A stretch of DNA of 64,000 nucleotides from an uncultured Tenacibaculum sp. (GCF_947495995.1 NZ_CANMAX010000007.1:1-64000), one strand, 5' to 3'. Counted from the stretch's first letter, positions 29,956 through 40,767 are shown. Notes: generated by a model from the sequence alone, not told the origin. A program made the numbers and translations.

Positions 29956-31296
29956 ATGAAAAAATCATACTTAATCCAGAACGCAAAAATTGTTAACGAG
30001 AATCGTGTTTTTTCCGGAGATGTATTAATTAAAGATGAAATTATCAGTAAAATAGCTGATAAAATCGAACCTACAGGTGATGAAACTGTAATTGATGCCA
30101 ATGGGAAATATTTAATTCCAGGGATGATAGATGATCAAGTTCATTTTAGAGAACCAGGACTTACACATAAAGCTAACATAGCAACAGAAAGTAAAGCTGC
30201 TGTTGCTGGAGGTATTACTTCTTTTATAGAAATGCCAAATACTTCTCCGCAGGCAACTACTCAAGAATTATTAGAAGATAAGTTTGAAATAGCAAGTAAA
30301 ACTTCTTATGCAAATTACTCGTTTATGTTTGGTGGAACAAACGATAACTTAGATGAGTTATTAAAAACGAATCCTAGAAATGTAGCTGGAATTAAATTAT
30401 TCTTAGGTTCTTCAACAGGGAACATGTTGGTAGATAATGAAGAAGTATTAGAAAAGATATTCTCTTCAACCAATATGGTAATCTCTGTACATTGTGAAGA
30501 TGAAGGAACAATCAGAAAAAATACAGCAGAGTTTAAAGAAAAATATGGAGACGATATTCCTGTAAAATATCATCCAATTATTAGAAGTGAAGAAGCTTGT
30601 TATTTATCTTCTTCAAAAGCTATTGAATTAGCGAAAAAGACAGGAGCAAGATTACACGTGTTCCATTTATCTACAGCAAAAGAAACAGAACTTTTTAGAA
30701 ACGATATTCCTTTAAAAGATAAGAAAATAACAGCAGAGGTTTGTATTCACCATTTATGGTTTACCGATGCAGATTATGATAGAAAAGGAACGCATATCAA
30801 ATGGAATCCTGCAGTAAAAACACAGCAAGATAAAGACGGACTTTGGAAAGCTTTATTAGATGACAGAATTGATGTGATTGCTACAGATCACGCTCCACAT
30901 ACTTTAGAAGAAAAAGCAAATGTGTATACAAAAGCACCAAGTGGTGGACCTTTAGTTCAACATGCTGTTGTTGCGCTTTTTGAAAAAGTAAAAGAAGGCG
31001 TAATTTCTATAGAGAAAGTAGTTGAGAAAATGTGTCATAATCCAGCTATTCTTTTTCAAGTTGAAAAAAGAGGATACATTAAAGAAGGCTATTATGCAGA
31101 TATTGTGTTAGTAGATCCAAACGATCCTTGGGAAGTTTCAAGAGACAACGTACTTTATAAATGTGGTTGGTCTCCTTTCGAAGGAGTTACATTATCATCT
31201 AAGATTACGCATACTTTTATCAATGGTAATCTAATGTATGATAACGGAGTATTTAATGAAGAAATTAAAGGAAAGCGTTTATTATTTGAAAGGTAA
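29956..31296 (+). CDS. pyrC: Dihydroorotase (amidohydrolase, long form)
   Basis: 446 aa with the metal-binding motif QVHFREPG and the D..HAPH region (ATDHAPHTLEEK). Confidence 0.8.
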   Translation: MKKSYLIQNAKIVNENRVFSGDVLIKDEIISKIADKIEPTGDETVIDANGKYLIPGMIDDQVHFREPGLTHKANIATESKAAVAGGITSFIEMPNTSPQATTQELLEDKFEIASKTSYANYSFMFGGTNDNLDELLKTNPRNVAGIKLFLGSSTGNMLVDNEEVLEKIFSSTNMVISVHCEDEGTIRKNTAEFKEKYGDDIPVKYHPIIRSEEACYLSSSKAIELAKKTGARLHVFHLSTAKETELFRNDIPLKDKKITAEVCIHHLWFTDADYDRKGTHIKWNPAVKTQQDKDGLWKALLDDRIDVIATDHAPHTLEEKANVYTKAPSGGPLVQHAVVALFEKVKEGVISIEKVVEKMCHNPAILFQVEKRGYIKEGYYADIVLVDPNDPWEVSRDNVLYKCGWSPFEGVTLSSKITHTFINGNLMYDNGVFNEEIKGKRLLFER

Positions 31297-31761
31297 ATGA
31301 AAAACACAATTGTATTTATTTTTTCTATTTGTATAATGATTTCTTGTACAGGAAATACCATTTACAAAGCACCAGAAAATCTTATACCAAGAGATACTAT
31401 GATAAGTTTACTTACCGATATGCATATTGCATCGGCATCTAAACCTATTAAAACGGTAAAAAATAGGAGAGATTTAAACTACATGCAATTGGTGTATGAT
31501 AAATACAAAATAGATAGTTTACGTTTCGAACAAAGTAATACGTATTATACTTCTAGAATTGATGATTATGATAAGCTATTGAAGTCAGTGAGAACAAACT
31601 TAGAAGTAATAGCAAGTAAATATCAAGTAGAAAAAAACACAAGAGATTCTATTAAGAAGAAAGAAAAAGAACTTCTAAAAAAGAAAGCAGATTCTCTGAC
31701 ACCTAAAAAAAGCATAGAAGCTGTTAAAGACAGTTTAATTATACAAGAAGACGAAGAGTAA
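31297..31761 (+). CDS. Hypothetical lipoprotein
   Basis: 154 aa. The lipobox reads FIFSICIMISC, and the start immediately follows the pyrC stop. Confidence 0.4.
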   Translation: MKNTIVFIFSICIMISCTGNTIYKAPENLIPRDTMISLLTDMHIASASKPIKTVKNRRDLNYMQLVYDKYKIDSLRFEQSNTYYTSRIDDYDKLLKSVRTNLEVIASKYQVEKNTRDSIKKKEKELLKKKADSLTPKKSIEAVKDSLIIQEDEE

Positions 31762-31764
31762 TGG

Positions 31765-32769
31765 TTATTTTTTATAATCATTACAAACGTCTTCAATAAC
31801 TTTTGTTATCGATTCAAACTTAAAATCTAAAGCAGTTTTAATCTTATCAGCACTATAATAATCTTTGTTATGTGCAGATCGGGCAGAGTTCTTTGTTAAA
31901 AAAGGACGTTTTCTAGTTATTAATGAAAGGAACCAATCTACTCTCCAAACAATAGAAGTTACAAATCGATTGATTTTTATATTAGGTCGTTTAATACCAA
32001 AGTTATCAGCGATTTCATGAAAAATTTCTTTGAAAGATTTGTTTTCAGAAACTAAAATAAAGCGTTCGTTTTTTATATCAGAATGCGCAAGTTTAATTAA
32101 AGATTTAATAACATCTTTTACACCAACAAATCCAGTAACTCCTTCTGTATAAATCTTTAATCCTTTAAAAACTTGATCGAAAATTTTTCCAGATCCTTCA
32201 TGGAAAAAACCACTACCTAATATAACTCCTGGATTTACTATAGCTACTTCAAGACCTTCTTGACTTCCTCTCCAAACTTCCATTTCTGCACCATATTTGC
32301 TAATTGCATAACCATGTTTGTCTTTCGTGTCTACCCATTCATTTTCTTCATTTATGGTGTTGTTATTAATAGCATCACCAACTGCAGCTATAGAACTTAC
32401 AAAACAGAATTTTCTAACTTTGGTTGAAATAGAAAAATTAATAAGATTGGCTGTTCCTTCGATATTAACTTTTCTCATATCGTGATAATCCTTCGGATCA
32501 AATGAAACTAAAGCCGCACAATGATAAACATATTCATATTGTTGAGAGAATACTTCTTCTAACGAAGGAATATCAATAATATCAGCTTTAATCCATTTGA
32601 TTTTATTGAAGAGTACGTCAGAATTTTCAGTGTAATAAGAAAACACTTTTTTAACAGAAGCTAACTTCTTTTCTGTTCTGTAAATCGCAGTTATATGTTC
32701 ATGTTCTTCCAACAGGAAATATAATAAGTGCGATCCAACCAAACCAGTTCCTCCAGTAACTAATATCAT
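31765..32769 (-). CDS. NAD-dependent epimerase/dehydratase family protein
   Basis: 334 aa with the Rossmann motif MILVTGGTGLVGSHL and the YxxxK motif (YAISKYGAE). Confidence 0.8.
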   Translation of the reverse strand: MILVTGGTGLVGSHLLYFLLEEHEHITAIYRTEKKLASVKKVFSYYTENSDVLFNKIKWIKADIIDIPSLEEVFSQQYEYVYHCAALVSFDPKDYHDMRKVNIEGTANLINFSISTKVRKFCFVSSIAAVGDAINNNTINEENEWVDTKDKHGYAISKYGAEMEVWRGSQEGLEVAIVNPGVILGSGFFHEGSGKIFDQVFKGLKIYTEGVTGFVGVKDVIKSLIKLAHSDIKNERFILVSENKSFKEIFHEIADNFGIKRPNIKINRFVTSIVWRVDWFLSLITRKRPFLTKNSARSAHNKDYYSADKIKTALDFKFESITKVIEDVCNDYKK

Positions 32770-33062
32770 ATGCTTAATTTAAATGAAATATTTAACCAAT
32801 AATTAGCTAATGTAAAAGTAGCTATTATTACTTGTTTTTGATCAAATAATGATGTTTTGTTAGCGGATTTTAATTCGATGTAATAAGGTTTGTGTAGAAA
32901 ACTTAATTTTATAATTTTACCAGAACCGTTATCCTATATAAAGCAATCACAAAGTATTTCTACATATTATTTTTCTTCATTTTAAGTATTTCTTGGACTC
33001 AAGAACCATTAAGTATTCATTTATCTGAAATAGACGGATTACCAGACACCGAATTCTATGAT

Positions 33063-35924
33063 ATGATAGAAGATGATAAAGGTTATATTTGGTTGGCTGC
33101 AGATAGAGGTTTGTTTCGATACGACGGAAATGCATACATAAAAGTTGAACATCCTAATAAAATCGGACTTTCAGTTTTTAATCTTAAGAAAGATAGTAGA
33201 GGTAGAATTTGGTGTAGAAATAGATACGGACAGTTTTTTTATACCGAAGGAGACGAGTTAAAATTGTTTATAGATCTAAAAGATAATTTCGGTATTTCAA
33301 CTCAGTTTATCGATTACAATGTTTCAGCAACATCTCTTAATGTCTCGAATGTAAAGCATACTTATTTTATAGATTTAAAAACAAAAACAACAATCTACGA
33401 GAAAGATACTCCTCATCAAGGTAGAAGAAATACAGATATAATTCATTTTAAAAATCACAATTATATCTTATTAGATTCTATATTGAAGATTAATTATCTA
33501 GGAGAAAAAATCGCTAGTTTCCCGATAGATCATCAAGAAGATAACTACAATTCATTTTTCTCTTTTAAAAGGAATTTATATTTATACCGATCAAGAAATA
33601 AAATTCCAGTTGCAGAAGAGGGTTTGCAGGAAAAATTATTTAGAGTAGATCCCGAAAAAGGATTATCTAACAAAAATCTTCTACCGAAAAGACTGCAGAA
33701 TAAATTTATCAATAGTATAAAGGAGATCAACAATCAATTGTGGTTTGTTACCAATGAAGGTGTGTTCTTATACGATTTTGTTGAAGATAAGTTAGTGTTT
33801 AAAAATGTACTTTTTCAGGGAGAATATATTACTCAAGTAGTACAAGATTTTAAAGGAAAAATTTGGGTAACTACTTTAAAAAACGGAATTTTTCTTATTC
33901 CGAATTACGATATACAAATACAAAACTTAGCGGAATCTGGAGAAGTGGTTTCATTTCTTTTTCACGATAATACTATGATTTGTGGAAAGAAAAAAGGAAA
34001 GATTGTTGTTCAAAATTTAGCTAAGACCAATGATAAAAAAGAGTTTGATGTTTTCAATCTGGTCGGAGAGATTATTTGGTTAAAAAAAGCGAGTCCGAAT
34101 TTAATTTTCTTTTTCGGTTCTCGAGGATCTTTACTTTGGAATATAGAATTAAATACACTGCATAAAGTTGAAAATGGGAGTTATTTACGAGATATAAATT
34201 ATAGAGAAGAAGATCATCTGTTTTTCGTGTCAGATCCAAGTGATTGTTATTACTTCGTAAATAATCTCAAGTTTAAAAATCAGCAAAAAAATAAAGAACC
34301 AGTTGTAGCTGAAAGCATTTTCTTTCAAAGAAATAATGTATTACTCAATGGAAATTCTTGGAAGAATTTTACTACATCAAAAGCTATAATTTATGTTTCT
34401 GGTTCGTATAAATTGTATCGTTTTTCAAAAGGTTTCAAGCAAGAAGAAATATCGTTTCATGGTAAAGATATTTTAGCAAATTCTTTTACTGAAACTAACG
34501 ATGGTGTGGTTTGGATAGCGAGTCCGAATCTAGGTTTATTAAAAGTTGATGAAAATCAAAAAATCACCAATTTTGAATTGCATCAAAATACTCAGGATAA
34601 TAAAATATTACACGTTTTAGCAGACGGAAATAATTTATGGGTTCTAGGAGAAACTCATTTAAGTTTTTACAATAGAAAAGAGAATTCGGTTATAAAGTTT
34701 GACTTAATCAATGAGCTTAGAGGAAACAAAATTAAGGAGATTCGATTACATCAAAACAAATTGTATGTATTAGGTCGAAAAGCTATTGTAACCATTGATA
34801 AAAAAGTACTTAACGAAAAAATATATCCTGAAAGGATAATTTTTAAAGATATTCTATTTGGAAATGAAAAATTTAAAGTAGAATCGAAATATTCACTTCC
34901 TCACGATAAAAATGAAATGGAACTTTATTTTGATGTTTTAGGATCTGAAATAGGAAGTAAAACATTTAAATACCGATTACTTGGGTTGAGTGAAAAATGG
35001 AGTGTAACTAATGAAACTCAAGTTAGGTATCCGTACATACCTTACGGACAATATGTTTTTCAGATAAAAGCTTTAAACCGAAAAAATAATAAATACAATA
35101 AACACAAAGAGATTATTATCACAATTGCTAGTCCGTTTTGGATGCAATGGTGGTTTATTAGCGGAGTTATTTTATTAATTATTCTGGTGCTTTTTCTGTT
35201 TGTAAAAAGAGTTCGACGAAACCAAAGAAATCTATTCGAAAAAGAACGATTAAGTAAAGAGTTAATATTTTCTAGATTAGAAAATTTAAGATCGCAAATG
35301 AATCCTCATTTTATATTCAATACCTTAAACTCTATTCAAGGTTATATTATCACGAATAAAAAAGAAGAAGCAAGTATTTATTTAGCTGAGTTTTCTCAGT
35401 TAATTAGAATGTATTTAGATTTTAGTAGAAAACAATTCACCAAACTTCCAGAAGAAATAAAAGCTTTAGAAACATATTTAAAACTTGAGCAATTAAGAAT
35501 TGGAGAAAGTTTTCAGTACACTATTAATTCAAGTAATGTTGGTAAAGGAAAATTGATGAAAATTCCTTCTTTATTTATTCAGCCCTATATAGAAAATGCG
35601 ATTAAACACGGATTATTTCCGAAGAAAGGAATAAAAAAATTAAATATTACATTCAGTTATCTATCAGACGAAGAAGCATTAATATGTGTTATAGATGACA
35701 ACGGAATAGGAAGAGAAAGAGCAAAAGAATTGAAACGAATTAAAAGTCAATATCATAGTTCTTATGCCATAGAAGCAAATGAAGATAGAACCAATTTGCT
35801 GAATAAAAATAGAAAAGAAAAGGTAACAATAACAATACAAGATAAGTTTAGTTCTGATAGCATTTCTGAAGGAACTAAGGTTATTATTAAAATTCCACAA
35901 GAAGATGAAAGTTATAGTAATTGA
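33063..35924 (+). CDS. Sensor histidine kinase: periplasmic beta-propeller/Y_Y_Y module, TM segment, LytS/YehU-type His_kinase and HATPase
   Basis: 953 aa. It has propeller-like repeats (GYIWLAADRGLFRYDG, GKIWVTT, GVVWIASPN), a Y_Y_Y-like segment (YRLLGLSEKWSV...YPYIPYGQYVFQIKA), a TM segment (WWFISGVILLIILVLFLFV) and the PF06580-type motif NPHFIFNTLNSIQ. No canonical start codon precedes a hydrophobic in-frame extension (see findings). Confidence 0.85.
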   Translation: MIEDDKGYIWLAADRGLFRYDGNAYIKVEHPNKIGLSVFNLKKDSRGRIWCRNRYGQFFYTEGDELKLFIDLKDNFGISTQFIDYNVSATSLNVSNVKHTYFIDLKTKTTIYEKDTPHQGRRNTDIIHFKNHNYILLDSILKINYLGEKIASFPIDHQEDNYNSFFSFKRNLYLYRSRNKIPVAEEGLQEKLFRVDPEKGLSNKNLLPKRLQNKFINSIKEINNQLWFVTNEGVFLYDFVEDKLVFKNVLFQGEYITQVVQDFKGKIWVTTLKNGIFLIPNYDIQIQNLAESGEVVSFLFHDNTMICGKKKGKIVVQNLAKTNDKKEFDVFNLVGEIIWLKKASPNLIFFFGSRGSLLWNIELNTLHKVENGSYLRDINYREEDHLFFVSDPSDCYYFVNNLKFKNQQKNKEPVVAESIFFQRNNVLLNGNSWKNFTTSKAIIYVSGSYKLYRFSKGFKQEEISFHGKDILANSFTETNDGVVWIASPNLGLLKVDENQKITNFELHQNTQDNKILHVLADGNNLWVLGETHLSFYNRKENSVIKFDLINELRGNKIKEIRLHQNKLYVLGRKAIVTIDKKVLNEKIYPERIIFKDILFGNEKFKVESKYSLPHDKNEMELYFDVLGSEIGSKTFKYRLLGLSEKWSVTNETQVRYPYIPYGQYVFQIKALNRKNNKYNKHKEIIITIASPFWMQWWFISGVILLIILVLFLFVKRVRRNQRNLFEKERLSKELIFSRLENLRSQMNPHFIFNTLNSIQGYIITNKKEEASIYLAEFSQLIRMYLDFSRKQFTKLPEEIKALETYLKLEQLRIGESFQYTINSSNVGKGKLMKIPSLFIQPYIENAIKHGLFPKKGIKKLNITFSYLSDEEALICVIDDNGIGRERAKELKRIKSQYHSSYAIEANEDRTNLLNKNRKEKVTITIQDKFSSDSISEGTKVIIKIPQEDESYSN

Positions 35925-36645
35925 TGATGAAAAAAACGCGTTGATTTTATTAGAAGCATTATTAAAAGAATTGTTTCCAGAAATCACCCATATTTATACG
36001 GCTTTAGATTTAAAAGAAGGAGTAGAATTAATTCATAAACACGCTCCAGATATTGTGTTTCTAGATATTGAAATGCCTAATTATTCGGGACTTCAAATTC
36101 TTGATTTTTTCGATAGTAAACAAGTTAATTTCAATATCATATTTGTAACAGCATACAATCAATATGCAGTAGAAGCTTTTAAATTAAGTGCTGTAGATTA
36201 CATTTTAAAGCCAATTAATATAAATCATCTTAAAGCTGCTGTTCAAAGAAGTAAAGAAAGAAAAGCACAAAAAGAAGTCGGTCAGCAATTAGAAAAACTA
36301 AAAAAACTTACAATAAATAGATTGCCAATAGAAGTGCCAAATGGTATGATTTTTCTCTCTTACGATGAAATTCAGTATTTAGAAGCAGATGGTTCTTACA
36401 CAAAAATTTATGTGAAAGATGGTAATGTAAAAGTGATTTCGAAAACATTAAAATTCTTTGTAGATCAACTTTCGAATAACGATTTCTTTTTCAAATCACA
36501 TCGATCATATCTGGTAAACATTAAGTATGTAAAAGAGTTTGTAAAGAACGATGGTGGTTATTTATTAATGAAAAATGACACTCGAATTCCATTAGCCAAA
36601 GCTAATTTCGATGCTTTTTCCGATTGTGTAAAAGAGTTGTTTTAG
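35905..36645 (+). CDS. LytTR-family response regulator
   Basis: 246 aa with a REC domain (VIDDEKN...DIVFLDIEMP) and a C-terminal LytTR domain (FFKSHRSYLVNIKYV). It overlaps the kinase gene by 20 nt. Confidence 0.9.
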   Translation: MKVIVIDDEKNALILLEALLKELFPEITHIYTALDLKEGVELIHKHAPDIVFLDIEMPNYSGLQILDFFDSKQVNFNIIFVTAYNQYAVEAFKLSAVDYILKPININHLKAAVQRSKERKAQKEVGQQLEKLKKLTINRLPIEVPNGMIFLSYDEIQYLEADGSYTKIYVKDGNVKVISKTLKFFVDQLSNNDFFFKSHRSYLVNIKYVKEFVKNDGGYLLMKNDTRIPLAKANFDAFSDCVKELF

Positions 36646-36818
36646 TCTATCTCACTAATTAAATTTTCCTTTTAAAAAGAAAATAGTGTCTTTCACAAAG
36701 TAAAATCCGTATTCTACAAATATTCATGTTGAGAAGAAAAGAATAGAGATACTTTTGTTATTAGAAATGAAAGTAAAAGAAAGTTTTAATAACCTTAAAT
36801 TGAAGGGTTTTAATTTAA

Positions 36819-36844
36819 AAAGCCAGTAATATACTGGCTTTTGA
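36819..36844 (+). terminator. Intrinsic terminator
   Basis: aaaaAGCCAGTAatatTACTGGCTTTTgag. Confidence 0.75.
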
Positions 36845-36872
36845 GTTAAAATTACAATTGATATAAATTGTT

Positions 36873-37019
36873 ATGAAATTCGTAGTCAACAATACCTGTA
36901 AGAATTGCGGTGATCAACTAAAAAGAAGAATTAGACGTACCAAAGCAGAGCGTGTTTTTTTACCCTTTACAAAGAAATTAAAGTGTACGACTTGTCATTC
37001 CGAATATTTAAAAGTTTGA
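36873..37019 (+). CDS. Small zinc-ribbon protein (48 aa), not in the ORF track
   Basis: MKFVVNNTCKNCGDQLKRRIRRTKAERVFLPFTKKLKCTTCHSEYLKV contains CxxC-X25-CxxC and is bracketed by terminators or non-coding DNA. Confidence 0.35.
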   Translation: MKFVVNNTCKNCGDQLKRRIRRTKAERVFLPFTKKLKCTTCHSEYLKV

Positions 37020-37041
37020 TGAACTACTATGTTTTTAGGTT

Positions 37042-37650
37042 TTATTGAGTAACAGGAATATTGTTAATTTGAATTTTTACATCAAACTCAATTTCTCCAT
37101 TAGAACCATTTCCTTCAACTATTCTCGTGATTTTTATAAGTCCTTTGTTATCATAAGCATCTTGAAATTCAATAATATCACCACCATTTAATTCAGTAAC
37201 AGATTGTGTTGTAGGTTTTACGATAGTATTTAATTCACTTTCTAAAGTAATAGCATCAAAATCTGCAGTGGTAATCGTAGTAGATTTACTAAAGAAGCAT
37301 TCTTTTTTGTCAGCATCAGCAATAGCAGTTAAATCAAAAACATCAGTAGGATAATTTTTTACAGAAGCAAAAGAAGCTTTTCTACTAGTTCCATAAAAAT
37401 AACCAAAATCCCAAGAACTACCATTGGTTGCGGCATCACTTATCTTATGAACAGTATTATTGTAGAAAGTCATAAAAGTAGACGAAGTTTCATCAGCTAA
37501 AGGAGCAGCTAATAATTTTGCAGAATATGTTGTAACTGCAGCAGGCGGATCAACAGGATCAATTATTTCATCTTCACTATTACAGCTTGTTAACATCAAT
37601 AAGCCTGTAACTAATGCAAAAAATAATGGGAATTTAAATGTACTTTTCAT
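37042..37650 (-). CDS. Hypothetical lipoprotein
   Basis: Start trimmed to MKSTFKFPLFFALVTGLLMLTSC (a lipobox). Confidence 0.45.
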   Translation of the reverse strand: MKSTFKFPLFFALVTGLLMLTSCNSEDEIIDPVDPPAAVTTYSAKLLAAPLADETSSTFMTFYNNTVHKISDAATNGSSWDFGYFYGTSRKASFASVKNYPTDVFDLTAIADADKKECFFSKSTTITTADFDAITLESELNTIVKPTTQSVTELNGGDIIEFQDAYDNKGLIKITRIVEGNGSNGEIEFDVKIQINNIPVTQ

Positions 37651-37806
37651 TTTTTTAAATTTATTTAGTGTATTTAATGTAGTCTTTAGACCGAAAAAAA
37701 TAAGATTGGTCACAAAAGGGAAACACCAAATCTTTTTAAAAATTGTGAAGCGAAAATTAAAAGTATTGTTTCTCAATATTCTTAGAAAATAAAATTTTGT
37801 AAATGG

Positions 37807-37814
37807 TATATTTG
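37807..37814 (+). promoter_or_regulatory. -7 promoter element TATATTTG for tyrS
   Basis: Lies 23 nt upstream of the ATG at 37838. Confidence 0.45.
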
Positions 37815-37837
37815 TCATCACAAAGTAATTTACACCA

Positions 37838-39142
37838 ATGACTGAAAATTTAGTAAAAGAATTAGAATGGCGTGGTATGATCCACGATATAATGCCAGGA
37901 ACAGAAGAACAACTTCAAAAGCAAATGACTAGTGCTTATATTGGTTTCGATCCTACTTCAGATTCATTACATATCGGAAGTTTAGTGCCAATTATATTAT
38001 TAGTTCATTTAGAAAAAGCAGGTCATAAACCTATCGCTTTAGTTGGTGGAGCTACAGGAATGATTGGTGATCCTTCAGGGAAATCAGATGAAAGAAATCT
38101 GTTAAATGAAGAAACTTTAGCAAAGAATGTAGATGGTATTAAAGCTACGCTTGCAAGATTTTTAGATTTTGATAGTACAAAAGAAAACGCTCCGGTTTTA
38201 GTTAATAATTACGATTGGATGAAAGATTTTTCTTTCATTGAATTTGCTAGAGATGTAGGTAAGCGAATTACTGTAAATTATATGATGGCTAAAGATTCTG
38301 TAAAGAAGAGAATTTCTGGAGAATCTGGAAGCGGAATGTCTTTTACAGAGTTTACATATCAATTAATTCAAGGATACGATTTCTATCATTTACATAAAAC
38401 ACACAAATGTGCTTTACAAATGGGAGGATCAGATCAATGGGGAAATATTACTACAGGAACAGAATTAGTAAGAAGAATGAACCCTGGAGAAGATGCAAAG
38501 GCTTTTGCTATGACTTGTCCTTTAATTACTAAAGCAGATGGTTCTAAATTCGGTAAAACAGAAGGAGGGAACGTTTGGTTAGATGCAAGTAAAACTTCGG
38601 TATATAAATTCTATCAATTTTGGTTAAATACTACAGATGTAGATGCAGAGAAGTATATTAAAATATTTACATTCTTAGATAAAGAAACGATAGATAATTT
38701 AATTGAAGAGCATAAAGAAGCACCACATCAAAGAGCTTTACAGAAAAAGTTAGCAGAAGAAGTTACTACATTTGTACATTCTAAAGAAGAATTAGATAAA
38801 GCAATTGCAGCATCTAATATTTTATTCGGAAAATCTACAGATGAAGATTTAAAGAGTTTAGATGAGCAAACATTTTTAGATATTTTCGAAGGTGTTCCTC
38901 AAGCTGTTGTTGAAAAAGCTGAAATAGATGCCGGATTAGATATGATAGCTGCTTTGGCTGCCAAAACACAGTTCTTAAAATCAAACGGAGACGCTAGAAG
39001 AGCATTAAAAGAAAACTCGATAGCAGTAAATAAAGTTAAAGTAAAAGAAGATTACAAGATTACTTCTAATGATTTAGTAGCTAACAAATACGTAATTCTT
39101 CAAAGAGGAAAAAGAAATTATTTCTTATTAAAAGTAGAATAA
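37838..39142 (+). CDS. tyrS: Tyrosine--tRNA ligase
   Basis: 434 aa with a HIGH-type motif (DSLHIGSL), KMSKS (KFGKT) and a C-terminal S4 domain. Confidence 0.95.
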   Translation: MTENLVKELEWRGMIHDIMPGTEEQLQKQMTSAYIGFDPTSDSLHIGSLVPIILLVHLEKAGHKPIALVGGATGMIGDPSGKSDERNLLNEETLAKNVDGIKATLARFLDFDSTKENAPVLVNNYDWMKDFSFIEFARDVGKRITVNYMMAKDSVKKRISGESGSGMSFTEFTYQLIQGYDFYHLHKTHKCALQMGGSDQWGNITTGTELVRRMNPGEDAKAFAMTCPLITKADGSKFGKTEGGNVWLDASKTSVYKFYQFWLNTTDVDAEKYIKIFTFLDKETIDNLIEEHKEAPHQRALQKKLAEEVTTFVHSKEELDKAIAASNILFGKSTDEDLKSLDEQTFLDIFEGVPQAVVEKAEIDAGLDMIAALAAKTQFLKSNGDARRALKENSIAVNKVKVKEDYKITSNDLVANKYVILQRGKRNYFLLKVE

Positions 39143-39171
39143 TTAAGAAGCAATTTTAATATCAAAACTTA

Positions 39172-39203
39172 AAGGGCATCGCTTACAGTTGATGCCTTTT
39201 TTC
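39172..39203 (+). terminator. Intrinsic terminator after tyrS
   Basis: AAGGGCATCgcttacagttGATGCCTTTTTT. Confidence 0.75.
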
Positions 39204-39441
39204 TTATACTTATTACAACACTTACTTTTTGGTTTTAAGCAATTACTAGCACAATCAGTACTGCAAGCACTAATCTTTGGTAATGTCTTAACTATTTCTC
39301 TTTTAGGTGTGTAAAAAACAATCATACTTTCTGTAAATTCGCTGCAAATATAATTATTTATTTAGAATAAATTAAAATAAAAATTTATTTGTAACGAAAC
39401 CAGTTGTTTATTCCACTAATAGAAACAAAAAAATAAGTGAA

Positions 39442-40692
39442 ATGGTAAAGAGAATTTTAGTTGTTATAGCATTCCTAATAGGAATTCTTATAGTATTTGG
39501 TGGAGGTACATTGTACTATTTCATAAAACAACAAGAGAAGTTAGGTGAAGGAGAATTATATTTTGGAGAAAAAACATCAGTTACAATTCCGTTTTATTAT
39601 TCAACTTCAGGACACATTCTTATTGATGTAAAATTCGAGAACAGTAAAAAAGCTTATCCTTTTATATTAGATAGCGGAGCTTCAAATTTTATTTTTAAGC
39701 ATCATTCCAGCGAGTTTGAATTAGAATCAAATGGTAAAGCTATTGGTAGAGGTGCTACGGGGAATTTCTTTCTTACAAGCATTAAAAAAGTTGACGCGAT
39801 TGAAATTGACAACATACGTATTGAAAAACTAAACTTTAAGGAAATAGAATTTAATTTTAATTGTTCTGATGAAATCTATGGTTTAATCGGTAACGGAACT
39901 ATGAAACATGTAGATTGGCAAATTGATTTTGAAAAACAAGAAATCATAATGACACAATCTTTAAATGATTTAAAGTTTGGAGATAACACGATAGAAGTTC
40001 CATTAAATATCAATAAATCGAGTTTTCATATCAGAACTTCACTACAATTTTCAAAAGAAAAGAAATATAAAAGAGCTTTAGTAGATTTAGGAAATAACGG
40101 AGTGCTTTCTTTGGTTGAGAAAGATGTTTTAAAAGATTCTTTAAACCTACAAACAAGAAAGATTTTAGGAAAAAGATCTGAAGGTTTAGGTGGAGAATCA
40201 AAGTCAAGTAGTACAGAGAAATTAGTGCTTTTAGATTCTTTATTTTTTAAGAATACAGATTTTAATGTTCAAAAAGTTCCAGCGGTAATGTCGCCATCAT
40301 CTATGAATTTATTAGGATTAGGTTTTTTAAAGAAATACAAAACAACATTAAGCTGGAAATCAAAAAAAATGATTTTAGAACCTTATGATAGTGTGCCAAA
40401 CTTCATTTGGAAATCTAACGGATTAGGAACTAAATTTGATAAGGAAACACAAAAGTTAATTGTAAAAAGTATTCTTAATAATTCTTCTGCTTCAGTACAA
40501 AATGTGCCTTTAAAAGCTGAAATTTTAGCTATTAATGATACACCAATTACTTCAGAAGATGTGGTATGTGAATTTAGAAGTAAAAAAGACACATCAGATT
40601 CTTTAAAAATCAAGATAAAACACAATAATTCTGTTAAAGAAATAGTGCTAACAAAAGAACACGTTTTTCTAAATAATGAGGATTTACAATAG
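39442..40692 (+). CDS. Membrane-anchored putative aspartyl protease (tandem retropepsin-like lobes) with a C-terminal PDZ-like domain
   Basis: 416 aa with an N-terminal TM segment. The first lobe has D-S-G-A (FILDSGASNFIF) and LIGNGTM. The second lobe has a degenerate VDLGNNG and LLGLGFLKKY. The PDZ-like tail is IVKSILNNSSASVQNVPLKAEILAINDTPI. Confidence 0.5.
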   Translation: MVKRILVVIAFLIGILIVFGGGTLYYFIKQQEKLGEGELYFGEKTSVTIPFYYSTSGHILIDVKFENSKKAYPFILDSGASNFIFKHHSSEFELESNGKAIGRGATGNFFLTSIKKVDAIEIDNIRIEKLNFKEIEFNFNCSDEIYGLIGNGTMKHVDWQIDFEKQEIIMTQSLNDLKFGDNTIEVPLNINKSSFHIRTSLQFSKEKKYKRALVDLGNNGVLSLVEKDVLKDSLNLQTRKILGKRSEGLGGESKSSSTEKLVLLDSLFFKNTDFNVQKVPAVMSPSSMNLLGLGFLKKYKTTLSWKSKKMILEPYDSVPNFIWKSNGLGTKFDKETQKLIVKSILNNSSASVQNVPLKAEILAINDTPITSEDVVCEFRSKKDTSDSLKIKIKHNNSVKEIVLTKEHVFLNNEDLQ

Positions 40693-40767
40693 TAAATATT
40701 TGAAAAAATATAAATGACTTCAACAATGATATTAAGTAAATAAAATTACATTTGTCATAAAAAAGCT

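Noticed and set aside
39143-39325. 60-aa Cys/Lys-rich minus-strand ORF (…SACSTDCASNCLKPKSKCCNKYKKKGINCKRCP…)
   Set aside because: It lies antisense across the tyrS intrinsic terminator hairpin and has no promoter-like context, so it is most likely a chance ORF in AT-rich DNA. The Cys clustering is notable, so I have low confidence in the rejection.
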